A program made the translations under genes and the position numbers. From assembly GCA_964489725.1 (NCBI GenBank), contig CAZBAX010000005.1, positions 31,935 to 95,934 of the forward strand: 64,000 nucleotides of DNA, written 5' to 3'. The notes beneath the pieces were generated by a model. The model was not told the origin of the DNA. It did no database searches and saw only the letters and a list, made by a program, of their open reading frames with translations. Source of the stretch: an uncultured Anaerolinea sp. (lineage in GTDB: Bacteria; Chloroflexota; Anaerolineae; Anaerolineales; Villigracilaceae). Of this stretch, positions 36,198 to 44,249 are shown piece after piece. The first letter of the stretch is position 1. Every line of letters starts with the position of its first letter.

Positions 36198-36509
36198 ATG
36201 TCTGATCGTAAATTCCAACTACATGATGGGAAGAAAGGCTCAGCGCTGGCTGTACGCGTGACGCCGCGTGCCAGCCGCAACGAGATCGTGGAGTTGCTCG
36301 ACGATGGCACGATCAAAGTCCGCCTTGCCGCGCCGCCTTCGGATAATGAGGCCAATGATGCCTTGCTCGAATTCCTGTCTGAAATCCTGGGCGTTCCAAA
36401 ATCGCGGCTGGATATTGTTGCCGGGGCCGCTGGGCGTGACAAACTGATCGCCGTCACCGATATGGACGTGGAGACTGTCCACCAGCGCATCCTTGCGCAC
36501 GTTGGTTAG
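36198..36509 (+). CDS. DUF167 (YggU) family protein
   Basis: LAVRVTPRASRNEI...G.IKVRLAAPP.DNEAN..L..FL motifs. ATG follows GAGGTGA. Confidence 0.8.
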   Translation: MSDRKFQLHDGKKGSALAVRVTPRASRNEIVELLDDGTIKVRLAAPPSDNEANDALLEFLSEILGVPKSRLDIVAGAAGRDKLIAVTDMDVETVHQRILAHVG

Positions 36510-36516
36510 TATAGAA

Positions 36517-36557
36517 GTGACAGTCATGGCGCTCAGGCGCCATGACTGTCACTTTTT
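36517..36557. terminator. Strong terminator between convergent yggU and slt-like genes
   Basis: 16-bp perfect stem gtgacagtcatggcgc / gcgccatgactgtcac, loop tcag, then ttttt. Confidence 0.85.
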
Positions 36558-36559
36558 AG

Positions 36560-38971
36560 TTAACTTGAGGGGCTATATAAAGTTCGATACGTGCTGTAGA
36601 TTTCGTAAATAAATCGAATGTAATCGCGCGTTTCCTGGAATCGCACGATCTCCAGGAATAGATCGGGGTCATCGCCTGCCAGTCCCTTCCACACAAGCGC
36701 GTTGCCAGGACCTGCATTGTAAGCAGCCAGTCCGCCGTAGATGCTGCCGCCTACCATATCTCTTGTTTTATCCAGATAATAGGAGCCAAAGCGCACGCTC
36801 ACCAGCGGGCGATATAGATCTGCCTCCTCATACACGGGCGGCCAATTCAGCTCTGTGGCAATCTCCTGACCTGTGATGGGGATGATCTGCATCAGTCCAT
36901 GTGCGCTGGCGGTCGAACTGACAAAACCTTCGAAGAGACTCTCCTGCCGGATCACGCTGAACATGAACAGCGGGTCATGGCCATACTGTAGCGCTTCATC
37001 GATGATGAGATCGTGATAGTACAACCCATAACGCAGATGATTGAAATAGGCCGGGGCGGTGAGGGATGCCTGCTGGCTTTCCTGTCCGGCCAACGTCAAC
37101 ACCTGCCGGGCGGCGAAGATCGCTGAACGATACAGCCTGATCTTCAATAAATGATTGGCCAGCCTGAAGTTATCGATGGGGCTTGTGCTGACCGATTCGC
37201 GCAGCGCGTCGAATTCTGTGCGTGCCTCCCCGTACATGCCGAGTTCCCATAGCTCGGTGCCGCGTACAAAACGTGGATCCTGTGCAAGGCTGCCTGGCCC
37301 GGTCAGATCGGTCTCGGGAGGCAGGTTGAAGGAGACGCGCACCCATGCCTCCGCGTCCCTGCGTTCCTGCTCAAGGTCAGGGTTGAAGTTGACATTGGCA
37401 GGCGTTTCGAAAGGAGCACGTCCGAGCAGCAGGTCGCGCGCCCGCAGGCTGTAGTAGCCTGTTGGGTCGGTGGCCTGTCCCTCCTGCCAGGATGTTTGCG
37501 CGGATGTCGTATCACCCAGCACCTGTTGAGTCTTGCCAATCCACAGATAGGCGCGGGCGCGGTCTTCTGCCTGTGAGGAGAGCAGCAGGTTGCGCTGAAA
37601 GACCGTCAACGCACCGGCATAATCCTGCAACCGGTAGCGCGAGATGCCCGCCAGGAATAACGCGTTGGGCACATCTTCGCTGCCCGGATACTCATTCGCC
37701 ACGCGCTCCCACGTTTGGGATGCCTCGGCCAACTTCCCGGCCCGCTCCTGAATGCGGGCGGCATCCATCAATGCTGTAGCAGCAAATGGAGAGTCGGGGG
37801 CGGAAGAAACGAATGTCAGGAGGGTCTGGGCTGCTGCATCGAAGTCATCGAGCACGGCCCATTGCAGGAAGGCTTTATCCTCCCATGCATCCACCCAGCG
37901 CGAGTGTTGTGGGTAGTTCGCGATGAAGTAATCGAATTCGGCGATCGCGTCCTCGGTGCGCTGCAAGTCGCGCAACGTGGAGGCGCGGAAATAATGGGCG
38001 GACCCGTCGTTGGTTGGGTTGGAAGCGATGTATTTGTCGAAGGCCACCAGCGCCACGTCATATTGATTGGCGTAATAATCTACAAGCCCGCGGTTGAATT
38101 CATCCACCTGCACACCGGCATCGACCAGCGCCACCAGTGACAGATAGGCATAATAAGAAAGCGGATAATTGTTGACTGCGTTCGAATAGCGCGCGTATGC
38201 TTCTTCATTTTGCCCAAGCGACACATGCGCGTTGCCCGCCAGATAATCCATTTGCGCTTTGACGTAGTCGTTGGTCGTGGTGGCAAAGATCTGGTCGTAC
38301 AGGATCAAAGCCCCGGCGTAGTCGCCGAACGAGGCCCGGGTGGCGGCGATCTTGATTTGCAGATCCAGTCCATCGTCGAGGCGCGAGGCGCTGAGAGCTG
38401 AATTGTAGGCCGCCAGAGCGCCAGCGTAATCCTGCGCCTGTGACAACGCATCGCCGCGATATTCCTGCACATACGCGTCAAGGACGCCGGGAATGCGCGT
38501 CATATAGTTGTTGTAGGACTCGGCGGCCTGCACATATTGACCGAGTCCCTCATAGGCGCGTCCCATTAGGAAGGGCGCACGCGCCGCATACGTGGACTCA
38601 GAGTATTCGGTAGTCAGCGTTGTGAATCGTTCGAGGGCCGTCTGATAATTCCCATCGGCGAGCTCTGTGCGCCCGAGCCCCCAGATCGCGGCGGCTTTCA
38701 AGCCATTATCGGTCGACTCGTTAAACGCGCTGAGATACTGTTCGCGGGCGGAATCATAATCACCGTAGAACAATGCCAGATCGCCCGACTCGATCCGTTG
38801 AACGGGTGGCAGAGTGGGCAACGGCGTGGGAGTAATTGTCGGCGTGGGGGTAAGCGTGGGTCCACCGGGTGTAATCGTGGGCACCGTTGTGGCCATGGGT
38901 GTGGGAAGTGCCTGGCACGCGGCGACAAGAAGTATCGCCCCGAGTTGGCCCATTCGTTTGATCAGATTCAT
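36560..38971 (-). CDS. Lytic transglycosylase (SLT domain) with an N-terminal TPR-repeat region; lipoprotein
   Basis: C-terminal SLT motif AHGLMQIIP..., long TPR-like helical repeats and lipobox AILLVAAC. Start 38971 is supported by the upstream promoter. Confidence 0.85.
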   Translation of the reverse strand: MNLIKRMGQLGAILLVAACQALPTPMATTVPTITPGGPTLTPTPTITPTPLPTLPPVQRIESGDLALFYGDYDSAREQYLSAFNESTDNGLKAAAIWGLGRTELADGNYQTALERFTTLTTEYSESTYAARAPFLMGRAYEGLGQYVQAAESYNNYMTRIPGVLDAYVQEYRGDALSQAQDYAGALAAYNSALSASRLDDGLDLQIKIAATRASFGDYAGALILYDQIFATTTNDYVKAQMDYLAGNAHVSLGQNEEAYARYSNAVNNYPLSYYAYLSLVALVDAGVQVDEFNRGLVDYYANQYDVALVAFDKYIASNPTNDGSAHYFRASTLRDLQRTEDAIAEFDYFIANYPQHSRWVDAWEDKAFLQWAVLDDFDAAAQTLLTFVSSAPDSPFAATALMDAARIQERAGKLAEASQTWERVANEYPGSEDVPNALFLAGISRYRLQDYAGALTVFQRNLLLSSQAEDRARAYLWIGKTQQVLGDTTSAQTSWQEGQATDPTGYYSLRARDLLLGRAPFETPANVNFNPDLEQERRDAEAWVRVSFNLPPETDLTGPGSLAQDPRFVRGTELWELGMYGEARTEFDALRESVSTSPIDNFRLANHLLKIRLYRSAIFAARQVLTLAGQESQQASLTAPAYFNHLRYGLYYHDLIIDEALQYGHDPLFMFSVIRQESLFEGFVSSTASAHGLMQIIPITGQEIATELNWPPVYEEADLYRPLVSVRFGSYYLDKTRDMVGGSIYGGLAAYNAGPGNALVWKGLAGDDPDLFLEIVRFQETRDYIRFIYEIYSTYRTLYSPSS

Positions 38972-38977
38972 GTGAAC

Positions 38978-39007
38978 TTTATACTGGAGGAAACAGGGGA
39001 GTGTCAA
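38978..39007 (-). promoter_or_regulatory. Promoter TTGACA-18-TATAAA placed 6 nt upstream of the slt ATG
   Basis: Minus strand reads ttgaca (39007-39002), an 18-nt spacer, tataaa (38983-38978), gttcac, then ATG at 38971. Confidence 0.65.
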
Positions 39008-39022
39008 TATCAGAGATTAAAT

Positions 39023-39077
39023 CGCGCTGAGCGGTGTGAGGGCGATTTTTGCCCGAACGAAGACGAAGCGCAGTGCG
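39023..39077. repeat. Family-A related half-element, copy A5
   Basis: cgcgctgagcggtgtgagggcgatttttgcccgaacgaagacgaagcgcagtgcg. It shares the gagggc-T-rich-gcccgaa hairpin with A8 and the cgcgctgagcgg module with A7. Confidence 0.5.
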
Positions 39078-39078
39078 T

Positions 39079-39891
39079 TTATGATATAACTTCCACGCTC
39101 ATTCCGAGTTGCAGGTTGCCTTCACTCAATGGAATCACATTCTGCCCGAAGATCGCGCCGAGCTTCTGCTTGCGAAACTTGCCTAATGTTTTGAGCGGTT
39201 CCTTGCTGCGTTCAAGGGTTTCCTTGTCGATCGTGGTTACTTCGCAGCGTGCGCACGGCTTCACCACGGCTAATAGGACGTCTCCGGCTCGTATTCGGTT
39301 CCACGAATCCTCCTCGAACGGACCACAGCCGCGCACTACAACATTGGGCCGAAATCGGTTCATCGGTACAGGCGATTCAAGCCGTGAATTGAGATCTGCC
39401 AGACCTGCTTCGGACGTCAGCAGGATCGGATACCCATCGGAGAAGCCGGTATGGTCGTCAGCGTTCACCGCATACGATTCGTTGACAACGCGTTTATATC
39501 CATCCGCAATGTGGACCAGCCGCACAGCTGTACCAAGCCAATCGGAGAACCATTGTGCGGCCTGCTCGCCCTGATCGACGGCCTGCACGCCTTTGCTCTT
39601 CCAGATATCGACGAACACCGGAGTTCCCGCTGTTTGAATTCCCAGGCGCATGGAATCGTAGTTCGGCGCTGAGAGTTCCAGCGTATCTTTCTCGAGTGCA
39701 GGAGTGACCAGCGCCAGCCGTGGGTGTTCGCGCTGCGTAAGAAATCCACCGTCAGGAGTAGTGACCATCATGCGGCGGTCATATTTCAGCCCCATGCGTT
39801 CCACGTGTGCTGACTGGACTTCGAAGCCGCGGCAGCCTTTGATTGGGTAGTAGATCAGAGATGAAATGATGATTTGTCTGGGTTGAGTCAT
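39079..39891 (-). CDS. MOSC domain-containing protein (MOSC_N beta-barrel plus MOSC)
   Basis: N-terminus SLIYYPIKGCRG and C-terminus CARCEVTTID, typical of MOSC. Confidence 0.85.
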   Translation of the reverse strand: MTQPRQIIISSLIYYPIKGCRGFEVQSAHVERMGLKYDRRMMVTTPDGGFLTQREHPRLALVTPALEKDTLELSAPNYDSMRLGIQTAGTPVFVDIWKSKGVQAVDQGEQAAQWFSDWLGTAVRLVHIADGYKRVVNESYAVNADDHTGFSDGYPILLTSEAGLADLNSRLESPVPMNRFRPNVVVRGCGPFEEDSWNRIRAGDVLLAVVKPCARCEVTTIDKETLERSKEPLKTLGKFRKQKLGAIFGQNVIPLSEGNLQLGMSVEVIS

Positions 39892-39898
39892 GGGCGCA

Positions 39899-39907
39899 AT
39901 TGTATCA
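39899..39907 (-). promoter_or_regulatory. Extended -10 (TGATACAAT) 7 nt upstream of the MOSC ATG
   Basis: Minus strand reads tgatacaat, tgcgccc, then ATG at 39891. No SD. Confidence 0.5.
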
Positions 39908-39939
39908 AACGGCTACAACAACTTCCATCTGAATTCGAA

Positions 39940-42069
39940 TCACCGGGTTTTCTGCGAATATTTTGCGCGCACATCCACAGCTACTACGCCTTTGCTCAAA
40001 ACTCGCAACGGATTGATCTCGATCTCCTCGATCGATTCACTTTCCAAAACAAGAAGAGATAATTTGACGAGGACATCGACGACCGACTCCTCATCAGCAG
40101 GGGGGATGTGGCGAAAGCCGGCCAGCTTTCTACCAGCCCACGTCTTGCGGATCATTTTCCACGCCTCGGCCTGAGTCAGCGGTGCTAAGGCGAACGATAC
40201 ATCTTGGAGTCCTTCCACTTCGACGCCGCCCGAGCCGAACATCATCAACGGCCCGAACTGTGCATCGCGCACCGCGCCGACGATCACTTCCTGTCCCGCC
40301 GGGATCTGGCGTTGAATATGGACTCCGTCGATCTGTGCGTGCGGTTTGGCAATCTTCACTTTCTCTAAAATCTGCGTGTAGGCAATCGCAAGAGATTCGC
40401 GGTTTTGGATGTTCAATATCACACCACCAACGTCTGACTTATGCAAAATATCTGGCGATGCGATCTTCATCACCACCGGGTAGCCAAGCTCATCGGCAAT
40501 CGATTCGGCTTCGTGTAGTTCACGCGCAAGTTTCATGGGCACCGTCGGGATACTATATGCTTTCAGCAGTTCATCAAGAGAAGCCATAGAGTCACGCACC
40601 TGTCCCGGCGAGCGGTGGCGGGAGAGACGCGGAGACTCAAAATATTCTCCGTGGCTCTGTGGCTCCGTGGCTAGTATTTTTGCTCGCTTAACCAACGCTC
40701 CTAACGCCGACGCTGCTCTTTCAGGAAACGGAAACGTTGGAATATGTTCGCGTTCAAACACAGCTCGTGCGTTTTCGATTTGGTCCGATCCCATCAATGC
40801 GACAACGATCGGTTTTTTGGAATCAAGCGGCTTGCCGCTTGCGGACGGCGAGTCGTCCAACTCCAAAGTTTCAATAATTCTCTCCGCCACATCCTCTGCT
40901 TTGAACATCGGTGGTGGAGGCAGGATGACCAGCACGCCATCTACATTTTCATCGCTCAGTAAAGTTCTCAAACATGCTGCGTATACGTCCGGTGAAGCAG
41001 ATGCAAGCATATCGACCGGATTATGAATACTCGCCGCAGCAGGGAGAGTGGCAGATAACGCCTCGAGCGTGGACTCACTCAATTGGGCAAGCATCAACCC
41101 GTTATCTTCGAGAGCATCGGCGGCGATCACTCCAGGTCCGCCGGCGTTGGTGAGAACTCCAATTCTCCCACTTCTCGGTAATGGACAATTCTCCAACGCC
41201 CGCGCCCAGTCAAACAACTGTTCCGCCGAGTCCGCTCGTAAAATTCCGGCCTTCTCGAACGCCGCCTGGAAAGCCGTATCCGATGCAGCCAACGCGCCGG
41301 TATGCGATGCAGCCGACTTTTGTCCAGCTTCGAAGCGACCGACCTTCAACGCAACGACGGTCTTGCGTTTTGTGACCTCACGTGCCACCTCCACGAATCG
41401 TCGCCCATCGGAAACAGATTCCATATACAACACAATGACGCGCGTATGCGTGTCCTCCGCCAGCGCGGCGAGCGCGTCGGTCTCGTTGACATCCACCTGA
41501 TTTCCGAGGCTGATGAGCTGCGAAAATCCAAACCCCTCGTGACGCGACCAATCAATGATCGCAGCACAGAACGCGCCGGACTGTGAAATGAACCCAATAT
41601 GACCTTGTGCAGGCATGGGCGGCTGGAGAAAGGTCGTGTCGAGGGGGAGATGGGTATCGATCGCTCCAATACAGTTTGGACCTAACAAACGTACGCCATG
41701 TGCCTGCGCAGCCATCAGACACTCCTGCTCCAACGCTGCGCCCTCGGCACCCACTTCCCGAAATCCTGCCGTTGTAATGATCGCAGCTCGAATGCCGCGC
41801 TGACCACACTCTTCAATTGTTTTCGGCATTGCATTTGGTGGTACGACCAGAATCGCCAAATCCACAGAATCAGGGATCTGACTCAAATTTGTATACAACG
41901 GTTTCCCAAATAGTTCTCCCGCCTTCTGGCTGACGAAGTGAACTTCACCTTGATATCCGCTTTGGATCAGATTACGCGCTACGCCATAACCAAGCTTCTC
42001 AGGTGATGTCGATGCGCCGATGATGGCGATACCTTTGGGCCGCAAGAAGGGAATCAAAGAGGAATCCAT
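39940..42069 (-). CDS. Acetyl-CoA synthetase (ADP-forming), fused alpha-beta; acetate--CoA ligase family
   Basis: CoA-binding N-terminus IAIIGAS..KLGYGV, SQSGA, and a C-terminal ATP-grasp domain. Confidence 0.9.
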   Translation of the reverse strand: MDSSLIPFLRPKGIAIIGASTSPEKLGYGVARNLIQSGYQGEVHFVSQKAGELFGKPLYTNLSQIPDSVDLAILVVPPNAMPKTIEECGQRGIRAAIITTAGFREVGAEGAALEQECLMAAQAHGVRLLGPNCIGAIDTHLPLDTTFLQPPMPAQGHIGFISQSGAFCAAIIDWSRHEGFGFSQLISLGNQVDVNETDALAALAEDTHTRVIVLYMESVSDGRRFVEVAREVTKRKTVVALKVGRFEAGQKSAASHTGALAASDTAFQAAFEKAGILRADSAEQLFDWARALENCPLPRSGRIGVLTNAGGPGVIAADALEDNGLMLAQLSESTLEALSATLPAAASIHNPVDMLASASPDVYAACLRTLLSDENVDGVLVILPPPPMFKAEDVAERIIETLELDDSPSASGKPLDSKKPIVVALMGSDQIENARAVFEREHIPTFPFPERAASALGALVKRAKILATEPQSHGEYFESPRLSRHRSPGQVRDSMASLDELLKAYSIPTVPMKLARELHEAESIADELGYPVVMKIASPDILHKSDVGGVILNIQNRESLAIAYTQILEKVKIAKPHAQIDGVHIQRQIPAGQEVIVGAVRDAQFGPLMMFGSGGVEVEGLQDVSFALAPLTQAEAWKMIRKTWAGRKLAGFRHIPPADEESVVDVLVKLSLLVLESESIEEIEINPLRVLSKGVVAVDVRAKYSQKTR

Positions 42070-42075
42070 TCCAGG

Positions 42076-42084
42076 ATTTTAACA
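42076..42084 (-). promoter_or_regulatory. Extended -10 (TGTTAAAAT) 6 nt upstream of the ACD ATG
   Basis: Minus strand reads tgttaaaat, cctgga, then ATG at 42069. No SD. Confidence 0.55.
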
Positions 42085-42151
42085 TTTCCGGAGTTGTTGG
42101 AAGGTTTTCGATGCTGAATTTTAAAAACGTATGCCCCCTATGTTGGCAAAC

Positions 42152-42367
42152 CTAATCGGCGCTCTCGTATTTGAACGAGACTTTCAACTTGGCGCGATAG
42201 GCAACCACTTTCCCCTCTTCGAGTTGCATATCCAGCTGCACGACCTCCGCAATGCGCAGATCGCGCAATGACTGAGATGCCCGCTCCACGGCTGCCGTGG
42301 CTGCTCTCTCCCAGGACTCCGTGCTGGTTCCGACCAGTTCAATTACCTTATAAACACTCTCTGCCAT
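42152..42367 (-). CDS. Dodecin family flavin-binding protein
   Basis: VYKVIELVGTSTESWE.A...A...A and VVAYRAKLKVSF are typical of dodecin. ATG follows AAGGAGAG. Confidence 0.85.
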   Translation of the reverse strand: MAESVYKVIELVGTSTESWERAATAAVERASQSLRDLRIAEVVQLDMQLEEGKVVAYRAKLKVSFKYESAD

Positions 42368-42492
42368 TTTTCTCTCCTTTTCTGGGGTTCTTCCTAAACT
42401 ATACAATATTTCGAACGGCAATACAACAATTATCTTCCTATTCTCACGGCTTGTGCAAAGTCATTTTGCCTCAGGTTTCGCCCGGCTCACGC

Positions 42493-42541
42493 CGCCGTCC
42501 CCGGCGGCGATTATGCATGAACACCGGCGCCGGGGACGGCG
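42493..42541. repeat. Perfect 14-bp GC-rich inverted repeat (cgccgtccccggcg / cgccggggacggcg)
   Basis: Direct reading. The loop is ~21 nt. Lies between two minus-strand genes with no T-tract. Confidence 0.6.
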
Positions 42542-42604
42542 CTGGGAGCAACATTGAAAAATATGGGTTCACTTTTAGCAAGTCCTGTCCTGTGCTTGCC
42601 CTAT

Positions 42605-42865
42605 TCATATCCCGCGTCGAGCTCGTATGGCCTCTACAGCAGCCTTCGCTTCTGCCAGCCCGACATTGGTGAGCTCCCGATAGATCTTGATCGCTTCAAT
42701 CAGATTGTTTCTGCGCAGGGCATCGATGACACGCGGGTCATCACCAGGTTGGGCGTTTTCCACAAAGGTTAGCCCAAAGTGTTTGTATACAAAATCCAGT
42801 TGTGCTTCCAGTCGGCTGATGCGGGTTCGTAATAAGTCGATCTCGTGTTGCTCAGCAGTAGGCAT
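42605..42865 (-). CDS. Small protein with a coiled-coil N-terminus and a ribosomal L7/L12 C-terminal-domain-like segment
   Basis: GGAGGA SD. C-terminal LIEAIKIYRELTNVGLAEAKAAVE resembles the L7/L12 CTD. Confidence 0.55.
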   Translation of the reverse strand: MPTAEQHEIDLLRTRISRLEAQLDFVYKHFGLTFVENAQPGDDPRVIDALRRNNLIEAIKIYRELTNVGLAEAKAAVEAIRARRGI

Positions 42866-42927
42866 GTAGGTTTCCTCCAGGGGTGATTGGGTTTTTATGC
42901 ACTATAGCCTGCACTTTTGCATGCCGA

Positions 42928-43353
42928 TCATTCAGATGTACCATAATTTAATTCCCTCATGCGCGGGCTGATCCAGGTGATCGCGATGACAAGCAGGTCC
43001 GCAATGACAAGCGCGGCAGCCTTGCGGAGAAAATCAGAGGGTTTCAGCGATTCGATGTATTCAAGTTCGGCAGACGTCAGCTGCGTCTCGTCGGTTTCTA
43101 TGCGTGATTGGATTGCATTCCAGGCCAGGATTTCGCGTTCATGGTGAACCGACAGTGTGTACACGCTGAATACGGCGATCAGGAGAAACACGATCGTGAT
43201 ATTGACCCGCACCCGGTCTTTTGCCGTCAGCCCCTCATGAGACATGATGAATCCTACTGCCGCGACCGCGATGATGAGCTGAAAATTCCAGATCTCGAAG
43301 AAACGTTCCGCGTGCCGCAGAAGCAGTGAAATAGAGTTTGTGTATTGTTCCAT
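42928..43353 (-). CDS. Hypothetical membrane protein (3 TM)
   Basis: ATG follows GGCGGAGA. Hydrophobic helices present. Sits 23 nt downstream of the nitroreductase stop. Confidence 0.55.
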   Translation of the reverse strand: MEQYTNSISLLLRHAERFFEIWNFQLIIAVAAVGFIMSHEGLTAKDRVRVNITIVFLLIAVFSVYTLSVHHEREILAWNAIQSRIETDETQLTSAELEYIESLKPSDFLRKAAALVIADLLVIAITWISPRMRELNYGTSE

Positions 43354-43376
43354 GGGTCTCCGCCAGAATGCAATGA

Positions 43377-43889
43377 TTACCATTTATCCCAATGCACTAC
43401 TTGCTCCAGAGTCCTCCGTCCACCTTTCTTCGGCGCGGCAGACAGTTTCGCCTCCTCCGCTGGATAGCCAAACGACAACGCGATCCGTAAATGCCACTCA
43501 GAGGGAAACTCCAGGATCTGACGCGCTTTCTCTGCTTCATAGATCGAAGCTGGGACCGAGCCGACTCCCAGTTCCCAGGCCGCAAGCTGCATAAATGCCG
43601 CGGCTTGTCCGGCGTCGAACATGATCTGGAACTTGCTTTCGGGGTCCGGTGTGAGGATCGCCACTGCCAATGCTGCACCGGCAAGATGTCCTGCCCATGT
43701 GCCGCATTCTGACAGCGCTTTGAGGATGGATCCGTCGCGAACAGCAATAAACTGCCATGCCTGCTCATTCTTCGATGACTGCGACCTGCGTCCCGCGTTC
43801 AGGATGGTTTGGATCACGTCATCGGGCAGTGGCTTATCTTGAAACTTGCGTACCGCTCGTTTTGTGCGAATGGCATCTGACACGTTCAT
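43377..43889 (-). CDS. Nitroreductase family protein
   Basis: AIRTKRAVRKF...P....I..IL.AG..SQSS.N.Q.W.F. GGAGG SD upstream of ATG 43889. Confidence 0.85.
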   Translation of the reverse strand: MNVSDAIRTKRAVRKFQDKPLPDDVIQTILNAGRRSQSSKNEQAWQFIAVRDGSILKALSECGTWAGHLAGAALAVAILTPDPESKFQIMFDAGQAAAFMQLAAWELGVGSVPASIYEAEKARQILEFPSEWHLRIALSFGYPAEEAKLSAAPKKGGRRTLEQVVHWDKW

Positions 43890-44029
43890 ATCGCTGACCT
43901 CCAAAATCGGTGATCGAGTGTGGCGCGAACTCGCGCCACGTACCGAGACCACCAGTTTGAACCCAACACTATTTATCCAGCTGCGCGGTGGTTTCGACTG
44001 CTTGCGCACAACCACCGGGTTCTACTTCT

Positions 44030-44150
44030 TCCTTTTTGCTCCTCATGAGCGCCTTTGGCGCCATCTCGTAGATCCCGCGCCGGCGGGGCCGCTCTACGGG
44101 ACTTTCCACTTTTTACTTCTCACTCTTTACTTTCCCTCCCATTATATCCG
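44030..44150 (+). repeat. Family-D element, copy D3
   Basis: Homologous over ~120 nt to the reverse complement of 16809-16935. Ends ccctccc followed by attatat. Confidence 0.7.
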
Positions 44151-44249
44151 CCTGCCTCTTGGCACTACCAGAATGGGATGATAGTCAATAGGCAAGCGAC
44201 CTGGAAATTGGGATAATCGATGTAAGAGTTTTGAATCATTCAAGGAGAA

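Noticed and set aside
36517-36552. A 16-bp perfect palindrome (gtgacagtcatggcgc / gcgccatgactgtcac) that resembles the family-A termini.
   Set aside because: It sits between two convergent stop codons and is followed by a T5 run. It is explained adequately as an intrinsic, probably bidirectional, terminator.
38798-39574. 258-aa plus-strand ORF spanning the slt 5' end, the intergenic repeat and the MOSC gene.
   Set aside because: It crosses two well-supported minus-strand genes and a repeat element, and its composition is Arg/Ser/Cys-rich.
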